A stretch of DNA of 64,000 bases. Origin: Octopus sinensis. Its lineage: Eukaryota. The DNA lies in assembly GCF_006345805.1 (NCBI RefSeq), contig NW_021831853.1, positions 1-64,000 of the forward strand, given 5' to 3'. Below the pieces are notes generated by a model. That model saw only the letters and a list, made by a program, of their open reading frames with translations, searched no databases and was not told the DNA's origin. Below, piece by piece: positions 13,069 to 24,880 of this stretch (its first letter is position 1; each line of letters opens with the position of its first letter). Both the position numbers and the translations under genes were made by a program.

Positions 13069-13447
13069 GGCATAGGCGTGGCTGTGTGGTAAGAAACTTG
13101 CTTCTCAACCACGTGATTCCTGGTTCAGTCCCACTGCGTGGCATCTCAGGCAAGTGTCTTCTACTGTATCCTCAGGCCGACCAAAGCCTTGTGAGTGGAT
13201 TTGGTTGACGGAAACTAAGAGAAGTCTGTCGTATGTGTGTGTGTGTGTGTTTGTCATCTATCATCGCTTGACAACCGGTGTTGGTGTGTTTACGTCCCCG
13301 TAACTTAGCGGTTCGGTCAAAGTGACCGATAGAATAAGTACTAATCTTAAAAGATAAGTCCAACGATCGAATTGTCCGACAAAAAACGCTCCAAGGCGGT
13401 GCTCCAGTATGGCCCGCAGTCAAATGACTAAAATAAAAGAATAAAGG
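13069..13447 (+). mobile_element. CORE-like SINE family A, full length
   Basis: Head ggcgtggctgtgtggtaagaa...ggttcagtcccactgcgtggca, core caagtgtcttctactg, internal (TG)n, tail caaatgactaaaataaaagaataaa. Confidence 0.9.
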
Positions 13448-13460
13448 AATAGATAGATAT

Positions 13461-15450
13461 GTTTCTTTATTACAAAGTAGAGCTTTTCTTTATGGGGAGA
13501 AAAGAAGAAAAAAAGTGGGGTAGGTTTTCGATCAAAAGGGATCGTAAAAGGGAAAGAAGAGAAAAAAAGAAGAAAAAACGATCAATAGGGATCGTGTATC
13601 ACAAAAATGTCATGATGTAAAGTGTAAAGGGGGGAAGCAGATAAGGTTTATCCGTGGGAAGAAAAGCCTACAGAAAAGACCACGGTAACCTCGGTCATTA
13701 TTGTTACATGTTACCACATTTGTTTGCAAGTAGGTAACCCTCTGTTTTAAATTTCCGGGTTCATAGGATTATGCTCAAGGTGGCTTCGTCATTCATACAT
13801 ACCATCCTTGCTACATTCACCCATCTTTTTTTAAAACATTCACTAGACAAAACTTGCCTCTCTACTCTCACTTTCCTCTTCAAGTGATACTTGAAGAAGT
13901 TGATGAGAGATTGACCAGAGAGGAAAGTTTTTGTCTCCAATCCTTTCAGACGCGTCCACCAGATACATTCTTTCGCCATAGCCACAAGAATGATGAAAAT
14001 AGCTCTTCCTTCCCGTTAGAAGGAAGGAGGCGTGACAATATTGACGATAGACTCAGCTGATAAACCGACTCGTGCAAAACGGTTTCGTCGCTCTGACCGC
14101 ATCTCGGGCAGGTCGGCCCCGTATTTCTCGAGCCGTGTCTGTAGAGCTTATCCCGAACGGGTAGCGCTTTTCGGTAGTACTGCCAGGCCAGGGATCTCTG
14201 GAAGTTGTCCATGGGCCCTGGCCCGAAAGTCGTCCTGAACAGGCGGGTCAGGTATTCCTCGTCGACGTCCAGGTTCGCCCCGAGCTCGTCGTCGTACCTC
14301 CCCTCCACTAATCCCCCATTGAATGCTTTGGTTGTGTTGAAGTCACTCAAGGTCGACCCGGGACGGCATAGTTGCTTGAGAGCAACGCGATACTTGCGGT
14401 GCCATTCGCCCTTTCTCGGGGTCTTTTTGATCCACGACTGCAGTTCAGTCATGGAGACGAGTTGCGAGAAAGTGTGCCTCACAAACGGCGACCACACCTG
14501 TTCACCGTCGTCTACGTAGAACCTGAGATGTTGCAGTCTCAGCGCGTGTCTGCGCATCATCAACCACGGCATGTCCAGTCCTCCTTTTAACGGGTGTTGA
14601 CAGCAAATGGATCGCCTGACCATCGGGACGCATCCTTTCCACAAGAAGCGTGGAAGTTTGGTGATGGTAGGGTCGGGACAAGGCACAGCGGTCAGGCAGT
14701 AGTAGATGACGAACGCGATGTACATGTTCGCCACCTCCGCCCGACCTTTTAGGGACAGTTTCCTCTCGGCCCATTGCCGGGCGAGAGTGACCACCCTACT
14801 CGTTATCTCGTTCCAGTTCTTCTCCATTTGGAGGTCCAGACCAAACCAGACCCCGAGCAACTCGACCGGACCGTCGGTCCAGCGTCCCACGACGGAGGCA
14901 CTGGTGGACGGCATGGGCTTGCTTCTCCACGTGCCGAACCGCAAGCCCCCTGACTTTTCCCGATTGATTTTCGCTCCTGCCACCGCTTCGTAGTCTTTCA
15001 GTGTCTCGCAGACCAGCTCGATGTGCTCGTGGTTAGATACTATGACGGTGACGTCGTCCGCGTATGCTGACACGCTTGTCCCGCATCCTAATTCTCGCGG
15101 GATGCCCCTCAGTGTTGCCAGCTTCCGCAATAATGGCTCGAGAGTCAATACGTAGAGAAGCGACGAGAGGGGGCATCCCTGACGGACCGAACGTGCAATG
15201 TCGAAAGGTCTCGATAGATGTCCATTTACGCGAATTACCGAACGGATACCTCTACAAAGCGGCTATCCAGTCGCGGAAGACGGGACCGAAACCAGCCGCT
15301 CTGAGGACAGCCTCCAAGTATCGATGGTCTACCCTATCGAAAGTTTTCGACTGATCCAAATTGATCAGGGCCCCACCCATGCCAGGTTCCTTAACTACCC
15401 TGTCTATGATGTAGCGCATCAGATGGAGGTTGTCATGGATGCTCCGGCCC
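13461..15450 (-). mobile_element. L1/Tx1-type non-LTR retrotransposon, 5'-truncated, with 3' UTR
   Basis: RT motifs GRSIHDNL, LINLDQSKTFDRVDH, VRQG.PLS, AYADDVTV, GPVELLG and a C-terminal CPRCGQSDETVLH knuckle. AATAAA lies on the minus strand at 13466-13471. The region is GC-rich and little decayed, but carries frameshifts. Confidence 0.93.
13946..15148 (-). pseudogene. RT and zinc-knuckle part of the Tx1-type ORF2 (about 400 aa open segment)
   Basis: Provided ORF with YADD motif and CX2C knuckle. Upstream (15252-15450) and downstream (13761-13985) parts are in other frames. Confidence 0.85.

Positions 15451-15534
<84 letters not shown>
15451..15534. repeat. (GATA)n microsatellite abutting the LINE 5' junction
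   Basis: Direct reading of the sequence. Confidence 0.97.
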
Positions 15535-15654
15535 GGATGGACAGACTGGAGCAAACAAAGAAACAGATTGGCAGACAGGTAGACAAACAGACTGACTGAT
15601 AGCTAACTTATTCGTAGCCCGCTGGCTTTTCGCAACATCACTGGCTGCTTGGCC

Positions 15655-15902
15655 TCTTGCTTCAGCCATTGGACTGCAGTAATGCTGAGGCACCGTTCTG
15701 AAGGATTTAGTCAAACAAATCGATCGCAGTAGTACTTATTTTATTTTTAAAGTCTGCTACTTATTTTATCGGTTTCTTTTGCCGAACCACTCACAGATTA
15801 TTGGCCGACCGGGGACTACGATAGAAGACACTTATCCAAGATGCCGTGCCGTAGGACTGAAGCCAAAACCATGTGATTGAAAAGTTAGCTCCTTAACCCT
15901 AC
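15655..15902 (-). mobile_element. CORE-like SINE family A, internally deleted
   Basis: rc tail gccattggactgcagtaatgctgaggcaccg, then atagaagacacttatccaagatgccg and the head. Confidence 0.7.
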
Positions 15903-16029
15903 AGTAATTTTCTTCCCTATCTCAATATACACTAGTTAATCAACTGTGAATCAAACATTGTTTGATTATATCATTAACAAGTTCTTCATTAACTGATTAA
16001 ATGAAACCAACTTCCTTAGTGGCATACCT

Positions 16030-16480
16030 AATGAGTTTTCGGCTTTCCGGCTCAACTTTATCACAGTCTGATACATAACTCATAGGCCACATATGCACTG
16101 CATAGCCTCGTTGATGGTTATGTTATTGTCTGAGACATTCCTGCAATAACTGACAAGGTAAGGCATAGAGGATTGCTTCAGAAACTGACCTCCTATGGTA
16201 TATCGAACCAAATCTTTTCTACCGTTAAATCATTCCTGGTGAAGAAATGCCTGAACGTTGAAATCAGTAAACAGTTATTCCCTGACATTTATCAAATCAA
16301 TGAATGCAGGTATACTCCAAGGATCTGTTCTGAGACGTAAACTCTTTCTTTCGTTTATAAATCATTTAATACCTGAGAAACTATTCTGGTCTTTACTCAT
16401 CTCCAAGAACCACACACTTGAATCAAGGAGAAATATCTTTTAAGTAATCAATTTGGGATCGAGCCATGGATAATCACATT
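16030..16480 (+). mobile_element. CR1/L2/Jockey-group RT remnant, highly degenerate
   Basis: DKVRHRGLLQKLTSYGI and NAGILQGSVL..KLFLSFINHL correspond to RT domains DKV.H..LL.KL..YG and GVPQGSVLGP.LF..YINDL. Confidence 0.7.
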
Positions 16481-16739
16481 AACATTTAGTACTACAAAAA
16501 CTGACCTCACATCTTTACACCACAAACATTAAATGGCAGTTACAATAATGGACTCGTTCTGCTGTTTGAAAATGTTCTAAACACCTGTATTTTTATTGCA
16601 TTCCTACAAGTGCCAGATGGGATACTGCTCGCCTATTTGTGCTAAATGAAATTGTATTTGTGTTACCTGGAATTATATTTGTGCTACCCGTCTCATCGAA
16701 TTAAATTTTTTTATTTATTTATTCTGCAGAACAATGATC

Positions 16740-16895
16740 TTTATGTTGTGGGTTCAAATCCCGCTGAGGTCAACTTCACCTTTCGTCCTTCCGACATCGA
16801 TAAAATAAAGTCCTAATCAAGTATTGCGATCAACGCAATCGATTAAACCCTTACCTTCAACATTGCTGGCGCTGTGTCTAAATTAGAAACGATTC
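16740..16895 (+). mobile_element. Nin/Deu-like-domain SINE (family N), partial
   Basis: ggttcaaatcccgctgaggtcaacttcacctttcgtccttcc matches the family N core. Confidence 0.7.
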
Positions 16896-18041
16896 TTCCT
16901 CCCCTTCGTCACCTTCCTCTTCTCCTCTTTCTTCTTTTCTTCTTTTTTCTCGTCTTCTTTGTGCTTTTCTTCTTTTACTTCGTCCTTTTCTACGTTCTCT
17001 TTTTTTCTTTATTCCTCCTCTGCTCTTTCTTCTTTTATTCCACCTGTCCTTCGTTTCCTTAACGATCACGCCACAACGTAAGATTTTGTTGCGCATTTAA
17101 CACTAGCCAATCCACTTTCGCCATTAGTCCCTGTCCGCACCAAGACCAGTAGCTTCATTAAATCAAACTTTGCATCTGGCTAGATCCTCATTAGTTTATA
17201 AACCTTCAGACGTCCTTGTATGAGCCGCTTTAATCATTCTAGAAACCCAGATATATAGTTATATTAATTAAAAGTTTATGTTCTCAGAGTAGATGGGTAG
17301 TTCGGTAAAGCCACGAAAAAAACTGCTTACGTGTGTGTGTGTGTGTGTGTGTGTGTGTATTATGCCTTTGTAAATAACGATATCATTGGACATTACTTGT
17401 TGCCGTTTAGCAGTAGATCTGCTCTTATTGCATTATCTTTTGATGAAAGGCGCTTCCCGTAGTGACCATCCCGTCTTTTTTTTTTCTTTGTATATCAGGG
17501 ACTAAACTGTCTGATGTGTCTTTCCGTTTTTGTAGATATATTAAAAAAAAAAAAAAGACACGCGGATGTATTGAAGGAAGATTTAGTTGCTTAATCATTG
17601 TAAAAGAGTTTTACCACCGACACAGTGCCAGCCACCGCGACCGATACCACCAGCATCACCGACCACCACCGCCCCCCCACCACCACCACCGCACCGCCGC
17701 CACCACCACCACCGCCAGCACCACCACCACCACCACCACTACCCTCCAGCTACAGCAGTAATGAGCAAATCCACTGATGAAAAAAGGGTTCTAGTTAAAT
17801 GATAAAGATAAAAAAATGAACGTCTTCCAAGTTTGAGAAGAAAAATAAAAGGACTCTTCAAAGCCATAGATCAAAGAAAAGCTGACCAAACTCGAAGAAT
17901 AAGGGAACAATTTATTTACAGATATCGAAATACAGTGTATATCAGAAGAAAACAGAAATATCTATGCATATGTGTATAATACACAAACACATTATAAATA
18001 ACGTTTGTGTGAGTGTGTGCCTGCGTGTGTGTGTGTGTGTG

Positions 18042-18285
18042 AATTAATTGAATGACAAGGAACAAGAAGGGATTACGTAATCAACCTTGTTAAGTTACAA
18101 CTGTTTCTTCTATAAGCTGTGCATCGTCCGTCTTATAGCGACTTCGGAATCTTTAATATAAAGCGTGTGCGTTTATTTCGAAAAGTATTTTAGTATATAG
18201 AAAAGGTTACCCTTCGAAATGGTAAATATATATATTTGTATTTATCATATTGAAAGTAACTTGTTTGCTTGTCATTCAATTAATT
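18042..18285. mobile_element. about 244-bp element bounded by about 25-bp inverted repeats
   Basis: aattaattgaatgacaaggaacaag / cttgtttgcttgtcattcaattaatt, with an inner hairpin ctataag/cttatag at 18110-18138. Confidence 0.6.
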
Positions 18286-18364
18286 TATATCATGTTCCTG
18301 TAACTTGACTAATGCATCATTTTGATACATATGTATAATGGAATTCTAACATGTACTTTCCTCT

Positions 18365-18777
18365 TTGGCCAAGCCCTCATCGACTTTTCAAGTTCCACTT
18401 GAAAAGGAAAGAGAGAGTAGAGAAGGAGGTTCTGTCCCCCCACCCCCAATAAATTTGTTGAAAGGTGGGTGCTTGTAGTGAGAATGGCCCGTGTAAATGG
18501 GCCTACTCTGAACTTTTGTTTGTAAACCGGAGGAATTGAGGAGGAGAGAGGCGCCCGCTGAGGTACATCTGACGGTCAGTATAACCGGAATGTGTGGGGT
18601 TCCTCGGTTGTCCTTGCGAGGACTCCCCACTTTTGGGAAATTTCATTGCTCAATTGGATTGTTAATTGTCATAGTTATTGTATTGTTTACTCGATTTTTG
18701 TGTTAATCCGTACGTGTCCTCAGTTTTGTATTGTCCCTATTTGTTTTGTTTTCGGCCCTTGTGACCAATAAAAAAGG
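18365..18777 (+). mobile_element. Tx1-type LINE 3' end (relative of 13461-15450)
   Basis: GQALIDFFKFHLKRKERVEKEVL...RWVLVVRMA aligns with GQSLINFFKYHLKRKVRVERQVL...RWVNVARM. It ends caataaaaaagg followed by (ATT)n. Confidence 0.85.
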
Positions 18778-18847
<70 letters not shown>

Positions 18848-18989
18848 TTTATTTATTTCCAAGATCTAATTGAAACGATGTAATTTTAATTGTAAGGGCA
18901 CCAAGTTAAGGTCGGGAATAACATATCCGAGTATCAACAGTATATATGGAAACTCGCGCATATATTAATATTTATACAGATAAACTCTG

Positions 18990-20130
18990 TTGCCTTGAAA
19001 AGTATATAAAAATGGAAAGTTTCGGGCCGAAATAAACCACTTCGACCTTGTAAACCACGGATTGATTTAAAGGACCATAAATATAACTTTAGAGACAGCT
19101 TATTTGTCCGGCTTATCTGCCCAACATGATCTGACATTGTACGATTGAGCAGAACCTTTTTAGACAATATTATTCCTTATTTAATCCCAATTTTATCATT
19201 CATATTATGGTCCAGTACAAGTGAAGTCATACACTGGTTTTCCTCTATAAGTAATAAGTGTAAGTACTCCTTTTTACAATTTGATATAAACTCATATTAC
19301 TCCAGCATATCTCCAATCTTTTGAATAAGGCCCTTATATTTGCTAGAGATAATTCTCTACTCTCTACGGGTCAAATATATATCATTTTGTTAGCTACACG
19401 AACTGTTATAGAATTCGAGGTAAGTTGTGGATTAGGTGTGATACCTCGGATAATTTTGATATAACAATGGAATCCAGTGACCCTGTCCAAGCCACTGATC
19501 TCATTGGTATATGTCTCCTGCAATACCTCAATGATTATCTCCAAAACTACATGGTGGTATCGAAAAAACTATGAAGAATTTCTTTAAAAATAACAACATA
19601 GAAATAATTTTGAACATAAAGCAAAAGCTGCTAATTTCCTTGTTGCAACCTGGACCTTAAATTGGGCTTATATTACCCTAATAGAAAACTTTCGGCGGTC
19701 ACTACCTATATAAACTGCTTATCTAACCACCCCAGTTGCATAATTAAGTTTCTAATAACGCGTATTTCGACTTGAATTTCGCAACTTTCTACTTGTGTAG
19801 GAATATTCAATGCATATGCCCACATCGAAACAGATGACGTATTGACTACATAATCTGGTATAAGCCACCTTGAAATTTTGCAGCCACTACTAAGATCTCC
19901 GAAAGTTTGTTTAGTTTATTAGAAAAAAATTACCCCCTTCTAACAAGTACCACCAAATATTTTATAAATGGAAAATTAGTGTTTCTTACACAACCCTTCC
20001 TCATCCAGGGACAATAATGGCAGGTTTTAATAGGCGTAATATTATGTTAGCCGGGAATCATTATCCGAATGGATTAATTGGGAACAGAAGCATTGGGTCA
20101 ATTACTCGTACAGTTTATACAGTCCTAAAC
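18990..20130 (+). mobile_element. Penelope-like element RT remnant
   Basis: Degenerate PLE RT motifs occur in order: DLKDHK..F...RLICP, FLQFDINSYYSSIS, FDITM.S.D..Q...LIG, YINCLSNHP..IIK, LLEKNYPP..KYHQIF. Confidence 0.8.
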
Positions 20131-20160
20131 TGTAATAATAATAATAATAATAATAATAAT

Positions 20161-20272
20161 TCGCAGGATTCTTGAAGCATGATTGTAAATAAGTGTCACC
20201 TTAGTCTGCTGGCTGTGGACAGCTGACATCTTCCATCATACCCATCAAAATAAGCTGTGAGTTTTCATCACA
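20161..20272 (+). mobile_element. probable R4/Dong-like 3'-end stub between (TAA)n and (TAC)n/(TAA)n
   Basis: It begins RRILEA-stop, a typical ORF end, followed by a short UTR, and is flanked by trinucleotide repeats. No sister copy is present in the window. Confidence 0.4.
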
Positions 20273-20313
<41 letters not shown>

Positions 20314-20325
20314 TACTACTACTAC

Positions 20326-20361
<36 letters not shown>

Positions 20362-20363
<2 letters not shown>

Positions 20364-20577
20364 GTTTCAAATTTTGATACAAGATCAGTGAGTTCGGGGT
20401 GGGGATTAAGTCGATTACATCAACCCCAGTATTCAACTGGTACTTATTCTATCGACCCTGAAAGGATGAAAGGCAAAATCGACCTTAGCAGAATTTGAAC
20501 TTAGAAAGTAACGATGGGTGAGATGCCATTAAGCATTTTGCTCGGCGTGCTAACGATTCTACCAGCACGGCGCCCTA
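20362..20577 (-). mobile_element. SINE family N, full length
   Basis: rc core tcgaccctgaaaggatgaaaggcaaaatcgacc and head rc gcgtgctaacgattctaccagcacggcgcc. Confidence 0.85.
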
Positions 20578-20588
20578 ATAACAATAGT

Positions 20589-20960
20589 AACAAGAGCACT
20601 CAGAGAGCGCAAACCTCCGCCAAGGCAACACCAAATTCCTCTCAACGATTAGTCAGAGATGATTTTTAAAATGAGAATATCTGAAATAAACTCGACTGCA
20701 CTAACAAACGAGAATACTAAAAGTGAACCCGACCGCTCGCAAAAATTAAATTTAAAAAAGCAGGAAAAATAATCCAGAATCCTTGTCCGGTACCGGATCG
20801 ATTCGAAAGTCTAATCACTTCGTGCCGGTCACGAGGCCAAACATCCCTGAAAGTTTCATCCGAATCCATCCAGTGGTTCTTGATATATCTCGTCCAAGGA
20901 CAAACAAACAAACAAACACGACTGAAAACAGCACCTCCGTCTTAGCGAAGGCGGAGGTAA
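20589..20960 (+). mobile_element. Helentron/HINE-like non-autonomous element (copy 1)
   Basis: 5' aacaagagcactcagagagcgcaaacctccgcc, internal (ACAA)n, and 3' hairpin acctccgtcttagcgaaggcggaggtaa whose ggcggaggt is inverted to the 5' subterminal acctccgcc. Confidence 0.7.
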
Positions 20961-21229
20961 TAATAGCCGATATAAAGGCTGGTTGGTCGGTTGGTTGGTT
21001 CGTTAATATCTCCAACACACTTTGCATCGTATAAAAAGAGGAAAAGAGAGGAAGATACAGAGAGTGTTATCATAAGAAATACAGAATGAGTGTCTTTAAA
21101 CTTTCTGAAAAATACAAATTTTTTGAAAATGGAATTTTCCGAGATAGACTTTTTTATTAAGGAGACTGTAGATTATGTTGACAAAATTTATAAAAACAAC
21201 AGCATATATTTATAGCAAATATAGACACA

Positions 21230-21590
21230 GGCGTGGCTGTGTGGTAAGTAGCTTGCTTCCCAATCACAAGGTTCCTGGTTCACTCCTATTACATGGCACA
21301 TTGGGCAAGTGACTTTTGTTATAGCCTCGGGCTGACCAAAGCATTGTGAATGGATTTGGTAAACGGAAACTGAAAGAAGCCTGTCATATATGTACATATG
21401 TATATGTGTTTTCGTGTCTGTGTTTGTCTCTCCATCATCGTTTGACAACTGGTGTTGATCTGTTTACGCCCACGTAACTTAGCGGTTCGGAAAAGAGACC
21501 GATAGAATAAATTGTTCGACAAAACACTTCGATGTGGTGCTTCAGCATAGCTGCAGTCAAATGACTGAAACAAGTAAAATAATAAACGAA
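21230..21590 (+). mobile_element. CORE-like SINE family A
   Basis: Head, core and tail as in the 13069 copy. Confidence 0.88.
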
Positions 21591-21717
21591 CAAAAGAAAT
21601 AAGAAATTTGTTGAATTTCATTTAATTTGAAGGTGATAAATATTTTCTTTTGAAAATTGGTGTTCATTTTATCATTTTGTACAAACACCAATGAATCTGA
21701 TAAAACTTAGATAATTA

Positions 21718-22153
21718 GGATCTTTTCGGTTTGAACAGCAGTTTTTTCAAGCGGTGTCATATGAGATTGTCACCCATAATTATGACCCTAGTATCGATCT
21801 ATTGCATTTCAATCTCTTTTAGGGTTAGGGTTAGAGTTAACGTTAGTTAGGGTTAGGGGTGGGGGAAGGGTATCTTTTTTTCTTCAGAAATGTAAATAAA
21901 CCCAATCTGTTTCTTAAACGAGGGACATTTTCATACGGCACAGAATGTTTTCACCTCAATAGACGTCAGTGATTGGTTGAAATTGCAGAAATTGAAGAAA
22001 AAAAACAACAACAAATATCTTACTATAGAATTTTCTCAATAAAGCCAAGAGAAAAAGATGATTTATAAACACATTCTACCAGTATACGAAGTTTAAAAGT
22101 GTTTAGTTACGTGGAAATTATTTTAATAAACTGCCGTTCAAACCGAAAAGATC
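21718..22153. mobile_element. MITE with about 26-bp TIRs and internal TTAGGG repeats
   Basis: gatcttttcggtttgaacagcagttt / aaactgccgttcaaaccgaaaagatc (1 mismatch). The direct repeat gataatta occurs at 21710-21717 and 22154-22161. Degenerate (TTAGGG)n lies at 21819-21858. Confidence 0.85.
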
Positions 22154-22329
22154 GATAATTATTATAAGTATGCTAATATTTCTGACATTACTCACAGAGG
22201 CAAAAGTATACATCCAAAGTTAGCCATTATATGTCGGGTAATAGTCACATATATAATAAGCGTTAAAAACCCAGCAATTCCATGTCTCCCTGTCCCGTCA
22301 TTCCAAAAAAAAAAAAAAAAATAGAAAAC

Positions 22330-22760
22330 ATATCCAACTGATACGACTAGGTTGGTTGGCAGCAACCAATAAGTCGGTCAATCTACATCAAAACAGAAAA
22401 TTAATGTTATAAACACACGCCAAATCCGGTACGGGACAATGACACCGCTTCGATAATCTCTGAAATGCTTATTTAGACGAACAAGAAGATCAAAGTGAAC
22501 CGCCCAGATATCATAATTAACGATTTTTTAAAGAAAACCCATACAATCTAATGCATAGCTTTATCTCTTCCGGCCAAAACGTCTCCCGGAAGGAAGTCGA
22601 AAAGCTATCAAAATATAAATAGTATGAGATCTGAAAACAGAAAGTAAAAATTGTACCAATAAGACATTGGTAGACTGGGTATGGTTAAAAGAGGAAGATG
22701 AACAAAAGAATAATCGTCACATAACCTTATACACAGTCTTGTACATGCGGGTGATCGATT
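22330..22760 (+). mobile_element. R4/Dong-like RLE retrotransposon C-terminal remnant, old
   Basis: YKHTPNPV, TNKKIKVNRPDIIIND and NVSRKEVEKLSKYK parallel the 28319-28960 translation. It lies just upstream of a (GAT/AAT)n array. Confidence 0.7.
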
Positions 22761-22804
22761 TAATTGACTGTGCCGTCTCTGAAAATTAGAGCTCTTGAAT
22801 TTAT

Positions 22805-22811
22805 GCTAATA

Positions 22812-22849
<38 letters not shown>

Positions 22850-22879
22850 AATGATAACAACAACAACAACAACAACAAC

Positions 22880-22945
<66 letters not shown>

Positions 22946-23130
22946 GATGATGAGAAGGAGGAGGAGGAGGAGGATGATAATGATGATGATGGTGACGACG
23001 ACGACGACGACGACTACTGCAAGGATGATGAGGATGATGATCATGATGATCATGATGATGACGACAACGACGACGACAAAGATGATGATGATGATGATGA
23101 TAACAGTGATAACAACGTAGTCGACGACAA
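22805..23130. repeat. compound trinucleotide array (GAT/CAA/AAT/GGA/GAC)n
   Basis: Direct reading of the sequence. Confidence 0.95.
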
Positions 23131-24138
23131 TATTGGGTGTAATGAAAGCAAATGATTTCTTTTATTTGCCATGGAGGCATCTGATGAGGTGCACAATTTG
23201 CTTGGTGGAAGAGGTGAGGCTTATATAAAAATATAAGAGAGTAAGAATGAGAAATGACGAGGACGAGATGAGATAAAACGTATGTAAACACACGGGTGTT
23301 ACTGTCCTGATTCAGGAACACCTTTACTAAAGCCAGTCAAGGAACTCCACTGATCCAGGATCAACTTAGTTTTCAAGAGCATAAGCACACGCTCAACTAT
23401 TATGTAGAGCTCTTGTCCTTGATCTTGCCAGGATCTATGTTGCTTCCAGTTGGTCCTACGTAGCTGTTCATCTACTAGAACGTCTCATTATATGCCTAAA
23501 GTGCTCCTTTCTATGCCTGTTTTTCGAACTGGTTTGACTAACCCTTATCACTTATGTAATTTTCTTTGTTTTATTACTTTATCCATCTCTCTTCGGATAA
23601 AATAAATAAATAAATATACTATACCACGGGGGGGGGGGCAAGTTTAAAGAAGCTATGTCTAATTATTTAAAATAAAGAACTTATTTGAAGAGATAGAAGA
23701 GTCATAGACGAAACAAAATATATTTTGTCGAACTAACAACTATGAACTAAATGTTTAAATCATTATGATAATCATTAAAGACACCCCTCTACCAACACTC
23801 TTGTGGTCAATGGAAAGTAAATCCCCACGATCTATAATGGATTAGCTGAAAATATTAGTAACAACGAGTCTGGGAGCAGCTCTGGACGTCAACGAGGAAA
23901 ATCTAGAGGATTTTCAAGTTGGATATTATAGGTAATGTTCAAAAGTGATTGGCCTGGAAATACCACAGTGAAGTGAGGGAATATGCTTCGATTGGAGTAA
24001 ATCTGTAGGCATGGCCGTACAGGAAGTAACAGCAGTCGAAGATGTTCGAGATGTGCACGGGGTGACGAAACCGCCAGGTACGCTTTCATTCAATGGCGTT
24101 TGTGTTGCAAATTCGTGTTTTTAAGTGCATGTATGGCA

Positions 24139-24478
24139 GTGAAGGGGCATGGCTCAGTGGTTAGAGTGTCGGGCTCCCAATCATGTGGTCGTGAGTTCGA
24201 TTCCTGGTCCGGGCTATGTGTTGTGTTCTTGAGCAAGACACTTTATTTCACGTTGCTCCAGTTCACTCAGCTGTAGAAATGAGTTGTGACGCCACTGGTG
24301 CCAAGCTGTGTCGGTCTTTGCCTATCCCTAGGATAATATCAGTGACATGGAGAGGGGAGGCTGGTATGCATGGGCGATTGCTGGTCTTCCATAAACAAAC
24401 TTGCCCGGACTTGTGCCTCAGAGGGAAACTTTCTGGGTGCAATCCCACGGTCATTCATGGGCAAAGGGGGTCTTTACC
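24139..24478 (+). mobile_element. tRNA-derived SINE family B, full length
   Basis: ggcatggctcagtggttagagtgtc...gagttcgattcctggtccggg (A and B boxes), core cttgagcaagacactttatttcacgttgctccagttcactcagctg, end gggggtctttacc. Confidence 0.9.
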
Positions 24479-24880
24479 CATGGCTGCGTAGTGAAGAAGT
24501 CCGTTTTGAAACTACATGATTTCGGGTTCACTCCCACATCGTGACACCTTGGGCAAGTGTCTTGTACAATAGCCCCAAGTGAGTGAATTTGGTATTGCAA
24601 ACTGTGTGGAAGCCCATCGTATATGTATGAATGAACGTACGTACGTATGTATGTAAGTGTGTATGTGTGTGTGTTTTGTATTTGTGTATGATCCCTGCCC
24701 ACCGCTGGACAGCAGGTGTTAGTTTGTTTCTGTCCCCGTAACTTAGTGGCTCGACAAAAGTGACCGAGAGAATAAGTACTAGACTTAAAAGTAAGTCGAT
24801 TCATTCGATTAAACCTTTAAAGGCTCTGCCCCAGCTTGGCCGCAGTACACTGACAGAAAGAAGTAAAAGATAAAAAGATT
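24479..24880 (+). mobile_element. CORE-like SINE family A, directly tandem to the family B copy
   Basis: gggttcactcccacatcgtgacaccttgggcaagtgtcttgtacaatagcc; tail aagtaaaagataaaaaga. Confidence 0.8.

Noticed and set aside
21819-21858. Telomere or chromosome-fusion relic
   Set aside because: The tract is short, degenerate and internal to a TIR-bounded MITE.
24139-24215. tRNA-like sequences at SINE heads (also 13069, 29800, 45223, 63600)
   Set aside because: They have A and B boxes but no complete cloverleaf, and they continue into SINE bodies. They are not called as tRNA genes.
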